Shown here piece by piece: positions 21,226 to 37,050 of a stretch of 64,000 nucleotides of DNA (position 1 is its first letter; each line of letters opens with the position of its first letter). This DNA is from the human T2T-CHM13v2.0 reference genome, Homo sapiens, in NCBI RefSeq assembly GCF_009914755.1, contig NC_060930.1; one strand, 5' to 3'. A program made the translations under genes and the position numbers. The notes below the pieces were generated by a model that saw nothing but the letters and a program-made list of their open reading frames with translations, did no database searches and was not told the origin of the DNA.

Positions 21226-22070
21226 CTAAAAAAGAAGCAAGACAGATGACTTTAGGAAGTGGTCTAAAATAATATTGAATTTTAAAGCTATCTGAAATAT
21301 TGTTAACTTAAACTGGCTTTTCTTGCTCATAAATTCTGCAGTTGTTGCCCAGTTAACCAAAAGCTATTTGATACTATACTTCAATATTCCAATGGGTAAT
21401 ACTTAAAACAAGCTGTAACAGAAACAATATTAAATTAGTACTGAGGACAAACATATGGTAACTTGTAGTAAGCAGAATTGATAATGATAAATTTACTGTG
21501 TTTTTTTTTCATAAAAGGAAAATTGTAATCTTCAAAAGAAACCTGTGGTTTTTTCCACAAAACTTTTTCTCGTGCTGTCAGTCATTTCTATCTTATCTTT
21601 CCGAGAGTGACAGTCAAAGCAAGAAGGTTCTTAACAACAATGAAAACAAATGAAAAACCTTCATGAGAAACCCATACTTGAATACTGATGGAAGGAGAGG
21701 TACTCAATGTTTCCAATAAAATAAAAAATAATGTCATTTAATAATAAAAGTTAAGTATCATGAATGAGAAAGACATTGAAAGTAAAATATTCAAAGGCGC
21801 ATAAGAAAAATAACTTTTTAATAAAACAATACCTACTCTACTACACATGCAAACAATACATACCCTACTTTAGCATTCATGACCCTTAGACATCAAAAAT
21901 ATTATTTTAGTTTGAAAGTATTTATTTGCATCCTAAATATTCTCAAGTAATAAGTTCAACTCTGTGATGTAGACATTTAAGAGGTAAAGTTTAGGGTGAC
22001 TTTGAGTTGGCTATCTTGCTTCAAAATATGTCAGAAAAACACATCCCACTTCTCTTTGCCCCACACTCAC

Positions 22071-22179
22071 CTTTTCGAGTAACCTCGGAGGCAAAATCCG
22101 TTCCAATGGCCCACCAACAAGATTTATTCTAACAAGAACATGATTTCTCTCCACTGATAAGCCATCAATTATAAAGTCC
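22071..22179 (-). CDS. TBC1D32: Coding exon, 109 nt, phase 2/0: [36 protein letters not shown]
   Basis: Acceptor tttattttttcag|GGAC, consensus donor AAAG|gtgagt, open frame in unique sequence; peptide recognised from memory as BROMI/TBC1D32 upstream of the C-terminal TBC-like region. Confidence 0.88.
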
Positions 22180-23839
22180 CTGAAAAAATAAATATATCAC
22201 CTTTGTCATCCTTTTGATTGAATATGTGTTAATTTTTAAATCAAGTCTCTGGATTGTAAAGAAAAAAGGCAGAAATATTTATCAATCTATTTCTTTTTCT
22301 TTACTGCATTTAGCATTTATATAATTTTATTAAGTTCAGGGTACCTGTGCAGGATGTGCAGGTTTGTTACATAGGCAAACGTGTGCCATGGTGGTTTGCT
22401 GCACAGATCATCCCATCACCCAGGTATTAAGCCCAGCATCCATGAGCTATTCTTTCTGATGCTCTCCCTCCTCCCCAGCTTCACCCTCTAACAGGCCCCA
22501 GTGTGTGTTGTTCCCCACCATGTGTCCATATGTTCTCATCATTCAGCTCCCACTTATAAGTGAGAACATAGAGTATTTGGTTTTCCATTCCTATATTAAT
22601 TTGCTGAGGATAATGGCCTCCAGCTCCATTCATGTCCCTGCAAAGGACATGATCCTTTCTATAGCTGCATAGTATTACATGCTGTATATGTATCACATTT
22701 TCTATCATTGATGGGCATTTGTGTTGATTCCGTGTCTTTGCTATTGTGAATAGTGCTGCAATGAACATAAGTGTGCCTGTATTTGTCTAATAGAAGGATT
22801 TATATTATTTTGGGTATATACCCAGTAATGGGATTGCTGGGTCAAATGCTATTTCTGTCTTCAGGTCTTTGAGGAATTGCCACACTGTCTTCCACAACGG
22901 TTGAACTAATTTACACTCCCAACAGTGTAAAAGCATTCTTTTTTCTCCACAACCATGCCAGCATCTGTTGTTTTTTGACTTTTTAATAATAGCCATTCTG
23001 ACTGGTGCGAGATGATATCTCATTGTGGTTTTCATTTGCATTTCTCTAATGATCAGTGATGTTAAACTTTTTTTCATATGTTTGTTGGCCACATGTATGT
23101 CTTCTTTTGAGAAGCATCTGTTTATGTCCTTTGCCCACTTTTTAATGGGACTGTTTGCTTTTCTCTTGTAAATTTGTTTACATTCCTTGTACATGCTGGA
23201 TATTAGGTGTTGTTAGATCTTTGTCAGATGGCCAGATTGCAAAAAGTCTTCCCTATTCTATAGGTTGTCTGTCCACTCTGATGATAGTTTATTTTGTTGT
23301 ACAGAAGCTTTTTAGTCTAATTAGATCCCATTTGTCAGTTTTTGTGTTTGTTACCATTGCTTTTGGCATCTTCCTCATGAAATCTTTGCCCATGACTATG
23401 CCCTGAATGGTATTGCCTAGATTTTCTCCAAGGGTTTTTATAGTTTTGGGTTTTGGGTTTACATTGAAGTATTTAATCCACCTTGAGTTGATTTTTGTAT
23501 ACAATGTAACTGAAGGAACGTATCACAAAATAATAAGCACCATATATGACAAACCCACAGACAGTATCATACTAAATGAGCAAAAGCTGTGAGCATTAGC
23601 CTTGAAAACTGGCACAAGACAAGGATAGCTTCTCTCACCACTCCTATTAAACATAGTATTGGAAATTCTAGCCAGGGCAATCATGCAAGAGAAAGAAATC
23701 AAGTGCATTCAAACAGAAAGAGAGGAAGTCAAACTATATTTGTAGATGACATGATGCTATATCTAGAAAACCCCATCATCTCAGCCCAAAAGCTTCTTAA
23801 GCTGACAAGCAAAGTCTCAGGATACAAAATCAACATGCA

Positions 23840-24722
23840 GAGCCAAGATGGCCGAATAGGAACAGCTCCGGTCTACAGCTCCCAGCGTGAGCGACGCAGA
23901 AGACGGGTGATTTCTGCATTTCCATCTGAGGTACCGGGTTCATCTCATTAGGGAGTGCCAGACAGTGGGCGCAGGCCAGTGTGGGTGCGCACCGTGCGCG
24001 AGCCGAAGCAGGGCGAGGCATTGCCTCACCTGGGAAGCGCAAGGGGTCAGGGAGTTCCCTTTCCGAGTCAAAGAAAGGGGTGACGGACGCACCTGGAAAA
24101 TCGGGTCACTCCCACCCGAATATTGCGCTTTTCAGACCGGCTTAAGAAACGGCGCACCACGAGACTATATCCCACACCTGGCTCAGAGGGTCCTACGCCC
24201 ACGGAATCTCGCTGATTGCTAGCACAGCAGTCTGAGATCACACTGCAAGGCGGCAACGAGGCTGGGGGAGGGGCGCCCGCCATTGCCCAGGCTTGCTTAG
24301 GTAAACAAAGCAGCCGGGAAGCTCGAACTGGGTGGAGCCCACCACAGCTCAAGGAGGCCTGCCTGCCTCTGTAGGCTCCACCTCTGGGGGCAGGGCACAG
24401 ACAAACAAAAAGACAGCAGTAACCTCTGCAGACTTAAGTGTCCCTGTCTGACAGCTTTGAAGAGAGCAGTGGTTCTCCCAGCACGCAGCTGGAGATCTGA
24501 GAACGGGCAGACTGCCTCCTCAAGTAGGTCCCTGACCCCTGACCCCAGAGCAGCCTAACTGGGAGGCACACTGACACCTCACACGGCAGGGTATTCCAAC
24601 AGACCTGCAGCTGAGGGTCCTGTCTGTTAGAAGGAAAACTAACAACCAGAAAGGACATCTACACCGAAAACCCATCTGTACATCACCATCATCAAAGACC
24701 AAAAGTAGATAAAACCACAAAG
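23840..24722. promoter_or_regulatory. L1 5'UTR bidirectional CpG-rich promoter (sense promoter plus antisense promoter at about 24230-24430)
   Basis: YY1 site CAAGATGGCCG intact, SOX-type AACAAA near 24304 and 24404, dense CpGs; ASP position taken from established L1 biology; about 16 nt deleted near 24569. Confidence 0.8.
24068..24283 (-). CDS. L1 ORF0, intact 71 aa (MAGAPPPASLPPCSVISDCC...RFSRCVRHPFL)
   Basis: ATG at 24283 in strong Kozak context GGGCAATGG; donors SD1 CCAG|gtgtgg (last exon base 24178, nt 106) and SD2 CCAG|gtgcgt (24093, nt 191) are present. Confidence 0.88.
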   Translation of the reverse strand: MAGAPPPASLPPCSVISDCCASNQRDSVGVGPSEPGVGYSLVVRRFLSRSEKRNIRVGVTRFSRCVRHPFL

Positions 24723-25739
24723 ATGGGGAAAAAACAGAACAGAAAAACTGGAAACTCTAAAACGCAGAGCGCCTCTCCTCCTCCAAAGGAACGCAGTTCC
24801 TCACCAGCAACAGAACAAAGCTGGATGGAGAATGATTTTGACGAGCTGAGAGAAGAAGGCTTCAGATGATCAAATTACTCTGAGCTACGGGAGGACATTC
24901 AAACCAAAGGCAAAGAAGTTGAAAACTTTGAAAAAAATTTAGAAGAATGTATAACTAGAATAACCAATACAGAGAAGTGCTTAAAGGAGCTGATGGAGCT
25001 GAAAACCAAGGCTCGAGAACTACGTGAAGAATGCAGAAGCCTCAGGAGCCGATGCGATCAACTGGAAGAAAGGGTATCAGCCATGGAAGATGAAATGAAT
25101 GAAATGAAGCGAGAAGGGAAGTTTAGAGAAAAAAGAATAAAAAGAAATGAGCAAAGCCTCCAAGAAATATGGGACTATGTGAAAAGACCAAATCTACGTC
25201 TGATTGGTGTACCTGAAAGTGATGTGGAGAATGGAACCAAGTTGGAAAACACTCTGCAGGATATTATCCAGGAGAACTTCCCCAATCTAGCAAGGCAGGC
25301 CAACGTTCAGATTCAGGAAATACAGAGAACGCCACAAAGATACTCCTCGAGAAGAGCAACTCCAAGACACATAATTGTCAGATTCACCAAAGTTGAAATG
25401 AAGGAAAAAATGTTAAGGGCAGCCAGAGAGAAAGGTCGGGTTACCCTCAAAGGAAAGCCCATCAGACTAACAGCGGATCTCTCGGCAGAAACCCTACAAG
25501 CCAGAAGAGAGTGGGGGCCAATATTCAACATTCTTAAAGAAAAGAATTTTCAACCCAGAATTTCATATCCAGCCAAACTAAGCTTCATAAGTGAAGGAGA
25601 AATAAAATACTTTATAGACAAGCAAATGCTGAGAGATTTTGTCACCACCAGGCCTGCCCTAAAAGAGCTCCTGAAGGAAGCGCTAAACCTGGAAAGGAAC
25701 AACCGGTACCAGCCGCTGCAAAATCATGCCAAAATGTAA
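24723..25739 (+). pseudogene. L1 ORF1 (338 codons) with nonsense R49*
   Basis: ATG 24723, TGA at 24867-24869 (CGA in consensus), TAA 25737-25739; the 248-aa ORF in the track starts at M91. Confidence 0.92.
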
Positions 25740-25778
25740 AGACCATCGAGACTAGGAAGAAACTGCATCAACTAATGA

Positions 25779-29630
<3,852 letters not shown>

Positions 29631-31529
29631 ACAATGAGATCACATGGACACAGGAAGGGGAATATCACACTCTGGGGACTGTGGTGGGGTCGGGGGAGGG
29701 GGGAGGGATAGCATTGGGAGATATACCTAATGCTAGATGACACGTTAGTGGGTGCAGCGCACCAGCATGGCACATGTATACATATGTAACTAACCTGCAC
29801 AATGTGCACATGTACCCTAAAACTTAGAGTATAATAAAAAAAAAAAAAAAAAAAAAAAAATCAACATGCAAAAATCGCTTGCATTCCTATACACCACCAA
29901 CAGGCAAGCCAAGAGCCAAATTATAAATGAACTCCTGTTCACAACTGCCACAAAAAGAATAAAATACCTAGAACTACAGCTAACAAGAGAAGTGAAGGAC
30001 CTCTTCAAGGTGAACTACAAGCCACTGCTCAAAGAAATCAGAGATGATACAAACAAATGGAAAAACATTCCATGCTCATGAATAGGAAGAATCAGTATTG
30101 AGAAAATGACCATGCTGCCCAAAGCAATTTATAGATTCAATGCTATTCGTATTAAACTATATTGACATTCTTTACAGAATCAGAAAAAAAAATTTTAAAA
30201 TTCACGTGGAACCAAAAAAGACCTCGAATAGCCAACACAATCTTAAGCAAAAAGAACAAAGCTGGAAGCATCACACTACCTGACTTCAAACTATACTACA
30301 AGGCTACACTAACCAAAATAGCATGGTACTGGTACAAGAACAGACACATAGACCAATGGAACAGAATAGAGAACCTAGAAATAAGGCCAAACTTCTACAA
30401 CAATCTGATCTTTGACAAACCTGACAAAAATAAGCAATGAGGAAAGGATTCTCTACTTAATAAATAGTGCTGGGAGAACTGGCTATCTATTTGCAGAAAA
30501 TTGAAACTGGACCCCCTCCTTATACCATATACAAAAGTCAATGTATTTCTTAAAATACAAAAGCTAAATTCACTTTTCATTTTAAGTTCTCTTTGCTAGA
30601 CAGCAAAAAATTGATGGAGATACAATGACATTAATTAAAGAATACTTTCCTTGATAAATTTTACTGCATTTAAAGAAATGGAATTAGGACATGCATTATT
30701 TCTACAGTGACTTCAACAATCATAGTTTCAGTCAAGGTTTTCTTAAGTTTTAAACCTGGTGCCTTAAATTCAAAATCTAAATGTTGCTTATGAGCAGCTT
30801 CCATACTCAGCAGCTGTTAATCTTTTCCTTCTACAAAAAACCTAGAGTATCAAGTAATATACTCCATAATAATTTTCCAAGACCTGGCTAAGATGCAGAC
30901 ATACTCTTTTTAAAAATTAATTACAGACATAAAGGCAATGCCAGCTATTGAATGTGTATTTGACAACAGTCAGCCAAATTGAGGTAATGGCAAGTGTGAT
31001 TTATTAATGAAAAAAATTATCAGGATATTACCATAACCTCATTTTGGAAATAATCAGAATTTATGACTATGAACTAACATAATTAAGAGGATGGAATAAA
31101 GAGTGCCTCTGCAAAGGACACAAAATCAAAAATTTTGTTCAATGGGTCATCTTACAATAGCAGCTGAATTAAAAGGCGATATGGTTTATGGAACCATTAA
31201 TAAAGTTATTATTGAACCATTAATAAAGTTAGGTCTTACCTAGTATTTTATGTATTACATATATATACACACATACCACACACATACACACACACACACA
31301 CACGACAAAAGCAACAGACTTGAAAGTAGTACTCTGCAAGCACTCTCCAAACACTTCTATCATAATCTTTCTGTGACATTTACACTTTAGCTGCTTTGTA
31401 TTCTGTTATTTAAATTGATTGAATTTAGAAAGCAGAAAAACATTAAACAAACTATATCAAAAATTACTGTCTTAACAAAACATCTCTAAAGAAAACTGCT
31501 GTTACTCTGTTTTAATCACCCATTTTTAC

Positions 31530-31652
31530 CTGTGGCTCTCAGAAATCTCCAAGATATTTTCTTCTTGAGCATTTAGTAACATTTCAGATACCTGATACTG
31601 AGCCTCTAACAGGAGAAGAGTGTCCAGATCACAGCATATCACACTTAATAAC
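31530..31652 (-). CDS. TBC1D32: Coding exon, 123 nt, phase 2/2 (symmetric): (R)LLSVICCDLDTLLLLEAQYQVSEMLLNAQEENILEISESH(R)
   Basis: Minus strand: acceptor tttttcttttttatatag|GTTATT, donor CACAG|gtaaaa; 40 open codons; the terminal AG joins the G of exon 22179 to give AGG GAC (R-D). Gene identity inferred from the in-frame join to the recognised exons. Confidence 0.8.
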
Positions 31653-32149
31653 CTATATAAAAAAGAAAAATAAACGTAGATTGTGTAAAATATGTCCCAA
31701 AAGCATAATTACATCCTTGATGTCTCAAAGTAATACCTGTACATCAAAATCTAAATCTAACAGAAAGTATCATTTAGTTATTTCAGATATATTTTTAATA
31801 AATTAGAATAGTAATCTCCTCTTCAAAAGTTGTTCTGAGTATTTTTAAAAGACCATGGGTAATTTCCAATCTAGATTTTTTAAAATGTATCTAAATCTAC
31901 ATAAATAGTAAATTTTCCTCTCAACTGCCACTTAATTTAAAAATTCATCAGAGAATTTTAGCAAATCCAGAAAAACTCCAAATTGCCACAACTTTTTATT
32001 CAGCAGTTAATTACCAAAGTTATGACAGAATCATCATTTTGCTGCCAATCTAGAAAATGTTCATTAGATAAAATGTCAGTGGCTAATTTTATAATTGTCA
32101 GATCGAGCTAAGAACACCTAAGCCCACTTATCTATCTTAATATTATTAA

Positions 32150-32910
32150 AAGATACAAGCAGAAATCATGTGTCTCCTATTATAATGCAAGAGGACATAC
32201 ACTGCACTGTCTATGAAGTACTCTTGCCCAGGAAACTGAACCTCAATCTAATCAATCCTATACATCTCATTATCAGTTTACAGGAAACACAGGCATTAGA
32301 GAAACATATTTAAAAACACTGTAAGGAGAAAACAGTCAACCAAATTCAGAGTTTTGAGAATCCTACACATTATTATATATATATTATTTGTTCAGAAAAC
32401 AAAAAGTCTTAAAAGAAACAGAGACGAAAAGAAACTCTTACAAGTTAAAAAAAAAAAAAAAAGGACCAAATGTCAAGATTTTGTTTTGATCTTTGATTCA
32501 AGCAAACTTTAAAAGTGCATTTTTAAATCACACAGGAAAATGTGGCAGTAATACGAGATGGGATGAGAAAAATATTGTTAATTTTGTTAGATGTAACAAT
32601 GGCACAGTAATGAAGGTTTTTTGTTTTGTTTTTTAAAACATGTCCTTACTTATTAGAGATATGCACTGAATGTTTTATATGTATCAGATATTTGCCTTAT
32701 CTAAATATCAGCATATCAGATATTTGCAGGTCTAACATGATTACATATTAAAACAGATATTTGCCTTAAAGTACTTAAGAAAAAAATGTATGTGGAGGGA
32801 GGGAGATGAAACAAGACTGGTGAAATACTGATAATTAATAAAGATGAGTGGTGGGCACGTGAAAGATTATACTATTCACTACATTTTTATATGTTTAAAA
32901 ATTCTATGAT
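32150..32910 (+). mobile_element. Old L1MC/ME 3' fragment
   Basis: Degenerate L1M 3'UTR motifs (ttattagagatatgcactgaa, gatgaaacaagactgg, tactattcactacattttt). Confidence 0.55.
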
Positions 32911-33234
32911 TATAAAAAGTGTTCAAACAAACATATCATGAGAATGCTAGGGGGCTATGGTAGAGTGGGTGGTTAGGTAAGGTCTCTCTGAAAGGTGGTA
33001 TTTGAGGAAATAGGCGATCCAAGAAGAAACCAATCTTCCAGTAACACTGGAAGGTTATATATCCACTTAGAAATAACCCAAAAGCATGCAGGAGGGAGAA
33101 AAACAGCATATCACAGAAATGTTTAACCACAAAATAAACTGAAGGGCAGCCAAAGGCAGTAAAAATAGGACAAATGGTGCTGGGGAAGGGAACGAATGAG
33201 ACAGGATATTGTGGCTGTTCATGATATATATATA

Positions 33235-33406
33235 TTCTCTCTTGAATGCCACCACGTAAGATGTGCCTTTCACCTTCCACCATGATTATGAGGCCTCCCC
33301 AGCCACGTGGGAACTGTGAGTCCATTAAACCTCTTTTTCTTTGTAAACTACCCAGTCTCAGGTATGTCTTTATCAGCAGCATGAAAATAGACTAATACAG
33401 TAAATT
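33235..33406 (+). mobile_element. THE1 (MaLR) LTR 3' half plus first bases of THE1-int (GTAAATT)
   Basis: ccatgattatgaggcctccccagccacgtgggaactgtgagtccattaaacc...tttatcagcagcatgaaaatagactaataca ending at 33399. Confidence 0.8.
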
Positions 33407-34572
33407 TTGGGCTCCTCTTACCTTTAAGTCAACAGGCTAAGGAGTTACAATGTTGGCTGGGGTGACTGACCTGGACTATCAAGATGAAATCAGTGTACTA
33501 CTCCACAATGGAGGTAAGGAAGAGTATGCATGGAATACAGGAGTTCCATTAGGGTGTCTCCTGGTATTACCATGCCCTGTGATTAAGATCAATGGGAAAA
33601 TACAACAGCCAAATCTAGGCAGGACTACAAATGGCTCAGACCCTTCAGGAATGAAGGTTTGGGTCACTCCACCAGGTAAAAAAACCATGACCTGCTGAGG
33701 TGCTTGCTGAAGGTAAACAGAATACAGAATGGGTAGTAGAAGAAGGTAGTCATCAATACCAGCTATGACCATGTGACCAGCTGCAGAAATGAGAACTGTA
33801 ATTGTCATGAGTATTTCCTCCTTATTTTGTTAAGAACATGCTTGTGCATGTATACACTTGTACTAAGAAAATATCTTCATTTTATTTCCTTTCTCCTTTA
33901 TCATGTGACGTAGAGTTATTGACTTCATATCAGCATTTAAGTGTTGTTAACTTTATATAGCATTTGGGTTGGGGATTGGTGTGTTTCCGGTTGTATAAAG
34001 GATAGTTATATTATGTTAGGTGTAATTATAATCTTTTTGTTGCCTTTATTTGAAGATTACATATGATTTCAGATGTTTATGAGCTCACACTGACAAAGGG
34101 TGGACTTGTGATGGTTAATATTGAGTGTTAACTTGATTGTATTGAAGGATGCAAAATATTGTTTCTGGGTAGGTCTGTGAGGGTGTTGCCAAATGAGATT
34201 AACATTTGAGTCAGTGGGCTAGGAAAGGCAGATCCACCCTCAGTCTGGGTGGGCACAATCTAATCAGCTACCAGCGCAGCCAGAATAAAAGCAGGTAGAA
34301 GAGCGTGGAAAGACTAGACTGATTTACTCTTCCAACCTACATCTTTCTCCCATGCTGGATGCTTTTTGGCCTCCAACATTGAACTCCAAGTTCTTCAGCT
34401 TTGGGACTCAGACTGGCTTCCTTGCTCTTTGCAGGAGGAAGGCTTCCTTGAAGATGGCCTATTGTGGGATGTCACCTTATGACTGCATGAGTCAATACTC
34501 CTTAATGAACTCCCTTTTATATATACTTGTATCCTATTGGTTCTGTCCCTCTAAAGAACCCTGACCAATATA
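33407..34572 (+). mobile_element. HERV-L 3' fragment (dUTPase remnant, PPT) plus MLT2A 3' LTR (34107-34572)
   Basis: ORF 33450..33698 (GVTDLDYQDEI...GMKVWVTPPGKK) is paralogous to 58200-58443; PPT aaagggtggact followed by tgtgatggttaat. Confidence 0.9.
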
Positions 34573-34599
34573 AAAATAAAAGCAAAATAAATTTCTAAG

Positions 34600-35720
34600 A
34601 AGAAAAACAAAATAAAATTCCCAAAAATGAGGAGTATAACCCAAGAGGCAATGCCTAATCCTCTGTTTTCAACAGTGGAAATGGAGTACACAAGACCCCC
34701 AATATGACACCAAGAAGCAGAAGGAGCACAGTGGAACCAGAAGTCACAAAAAACTCTATTAATAATTAATTACTAGTTAGATTACAGAGACAATTACTAA
34801 CAGAAAACTGTCTACCTCCATATCAAGATATATGGGGGGTACCAGGGGAGGGGAGAGGATGGCCTGAAAAAGGAGCAAACACACACATACAAAATTTGGG
34901 CCTTTAGAAAAATTCCATCTAACCAGGAGCATGACCCTAGCTTCTCTAGCTTCTCTTAAGCATAAGCCTCCTACAAACAGCTGCTGTGAAAAAGCTCACA
35001 TCTCTCCAAAAAGAAGTACCATACAAAGGTGCTATAAGAAAAAATAAAAAAAAAAAGATAAAAAGATGGAAGATACATACTAAAAAAAAAGTTGCCTTTA
35101 AATATTAAACTGTGAACACACAATTTTCTATGAATTAAACAAGTTTGATAAAGCAGTGGTCTCCATTAAGCTCCTTGCACAAAATAAAAATCTATGAACA
35201 CAGGGAAGAAATGGCAACCAGAAAAAGTAAAACATGAGCTGGCAGAGCTAAGGAATGAAATAGAAGAATAAAACTGTCATAGAAATGAAAGTATAATTGC
35301 AAACAGTAAAAAAGAAAACAGATACTGTTAAGAAGATAATAACAAATATAAGGAACAGAATGACAAAAATGTGAAAAATATAATGGAAATAAGGAGTTTA
35401 AATTATTGATTTCTTGAAGAGAAAACTGAAATAATCTAACATGATATATCTTTAAAGATATTAGTCAAGAAATTCTCCCCGGGAGAAAAAAAAGTCATCA
35501 ATCTAAGTACATAAACTGTACAATATGTCCCAGAGTAAACTGAATCAAAAGAGTCAGCACGGAGACAGAACCTGGTAAAGTTAAGCTTAACAAGTAACAA
35601 AGAACCATTGGGGTATCCAGGCAAAACGACCAAGTTACTACAAGAGTGGGGCGAGTGACATGGAAGGAGGGGAAATCAAATTGTTCCAGACATAGCTGCA
35701 GCAACATTCAATACCAGAAC
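34600..35720 (+). mobile_element. Very old L1M 5'/ORF1-region remnant
   Basis: A-rich degenerate L1-like sequence. Confidence 0.45.
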
Positions 35721-35875
35721 AGTAGGACAAAACTGGAAGGAGGTCTAACATGATTAGATATTAAAACATATTACAAACTGTAAGAATTTAAACAGCTTTA
35801 ATGACAAAGCAAAAGAAAGTCAAGACATAGACTCTAATACACACAGGAATTTTAAATTATGTTAAGAGTAAAGGG

Positions 35876-36165
35876 ACCAGGCATACTGAATCATGCCTGT
35901 AATCCCAGCATTTTGGGAGGCTGAAGCAGACAGATCACTTGATTCCACGAATTCGAGGCCAGCCTGGGCAACATAGCAAAACCTGTCTCCATTAAAAATA
36001 CAAAAAATTAGCTGCTCATGGTGGCACACACCCATAGGTCCCAGCTACCGGAGAGGCTGAGGTGGGAGAATCACCTGAGCCCAGGGGGTCGAGGTTGCAG
36101 TGAGCTGTGACTGCACCACTGTACTCTAGCCTGCGTGACAGACCTTGTCAAAAAAAAAAAAAAAA
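35876..36165 (+). mobile_element. AluJ-like SINE
   Basis: gcctgtaatcccagcattttgggaggctg...tcacctgagcccagg...poly(A); diverged. Confidence 0.88.
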
Positions 36166-36539
36166 CTGATAAGATTTCCTGGTGAACTAATTATGATGTA
36201 GAGTAAAAGAAGAAAGAAATCAAGAATGACTCTTGGGTGTTTAGTTTGAACAATAGGGAGGATCAATGTTATCATCAACCCAGATATATAAGGCTGTAGG
36301 TTAAGAAGGTTTACGGAGACACTTTTCTTTCTTTAGGCTACTAAACCACTGAATAGATAATGAAAATGACTGTCAGTGGATTTTGAGTTAAGATTTGAAA
36401 AGAGAGGTCTACAGGATCTGGATGTACAATGAGGTGATCCAAGGTGAATTAGGGCAACTTTATGAGTAAATACATACCTGGACTGAATTCTGCTAATTAG
36501 GGAATGAGTAAATCTAAAATAACAAATGACGTAAGACTT

Positions 36540-37050
36540 TTAAAATCTTACAAGTACTAGAAATAATGTAAAGCTTAGCAAATTTAATCCAGCAGTTAAT
36601 TAAAATAGTACCATATTGTGACCAAGCACAGCTCATTCCAGGGATAAAAAGAGAGTTTAATATTAAAGTATCTCCTGATGTAATTTATGACATCAATATG
36701 TAACAGAAGAGAGCCATATAATCATCGGAACAGATGCTTAAAAGCTCTTTGATTTAAGATTCAACATCTACTTTCTATTCCTTGTCCCCCAAAACATTCT
36801 GAGTAAATTAAAGAAAGGTTACCTCTTTAATTTGATTTTTTAGAAGACAAATCTATCTCAATACAAGATCTAAAAGCATAAACAGGAAAAGCATTCCCAT
36901 TAAAGTCATCAGGAAGGCAAAACTGCCAATTATTTTTTAACATCGTTCTAGAAATTCAAGATAATGCAAAAAGACAAGAATAAAATAAAGAGGCATGCTA
37001 TGCAAAAGGAGATAGAATGTTCATTATTAGAAGACAATAAAACTGTTTGT
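36540..37050 (+). mobile_element. Old L1M ORF2 (RT-region) remnant
   Basis: tgaccaagcacagctcattccaggga, cagatgcttaaaagctctttga, aagcattcccattaaagtca. Confidence 0.6.

Noticed and set aside
21543-21630. Exon-like minus segment (E)PSCFDCHSRKDKIEMTDSTRKSFVEKTT between the two real exons
   Set aside because: Weak donor (gtttct), open only when entered in phase 1 while the flanking junction is phase 0; the two exons join in frame without it.
23589-23951. 120-aa ORF crossing from the old L1 into the L1HS 5'UTR
   Set aside because: Accidental junction read-through of two repeats with a non-ATG start.
31191-31231. Direct repeat gaaccattaataaagtta x2, and the similar 4266-4312 repeats, as CRISPR-like or regulatory arrays
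   Set aside because: Only 2-3 copies with no spacer structure; ordinary slippage duplications in a eukaryotic intron.
31592-31652. Shorter version of the 123-nt exon using internal CAG|gtatct
   Set aside because: Weak donor; exits in phase 0, out of frame with the phase-2 exon at 22179.
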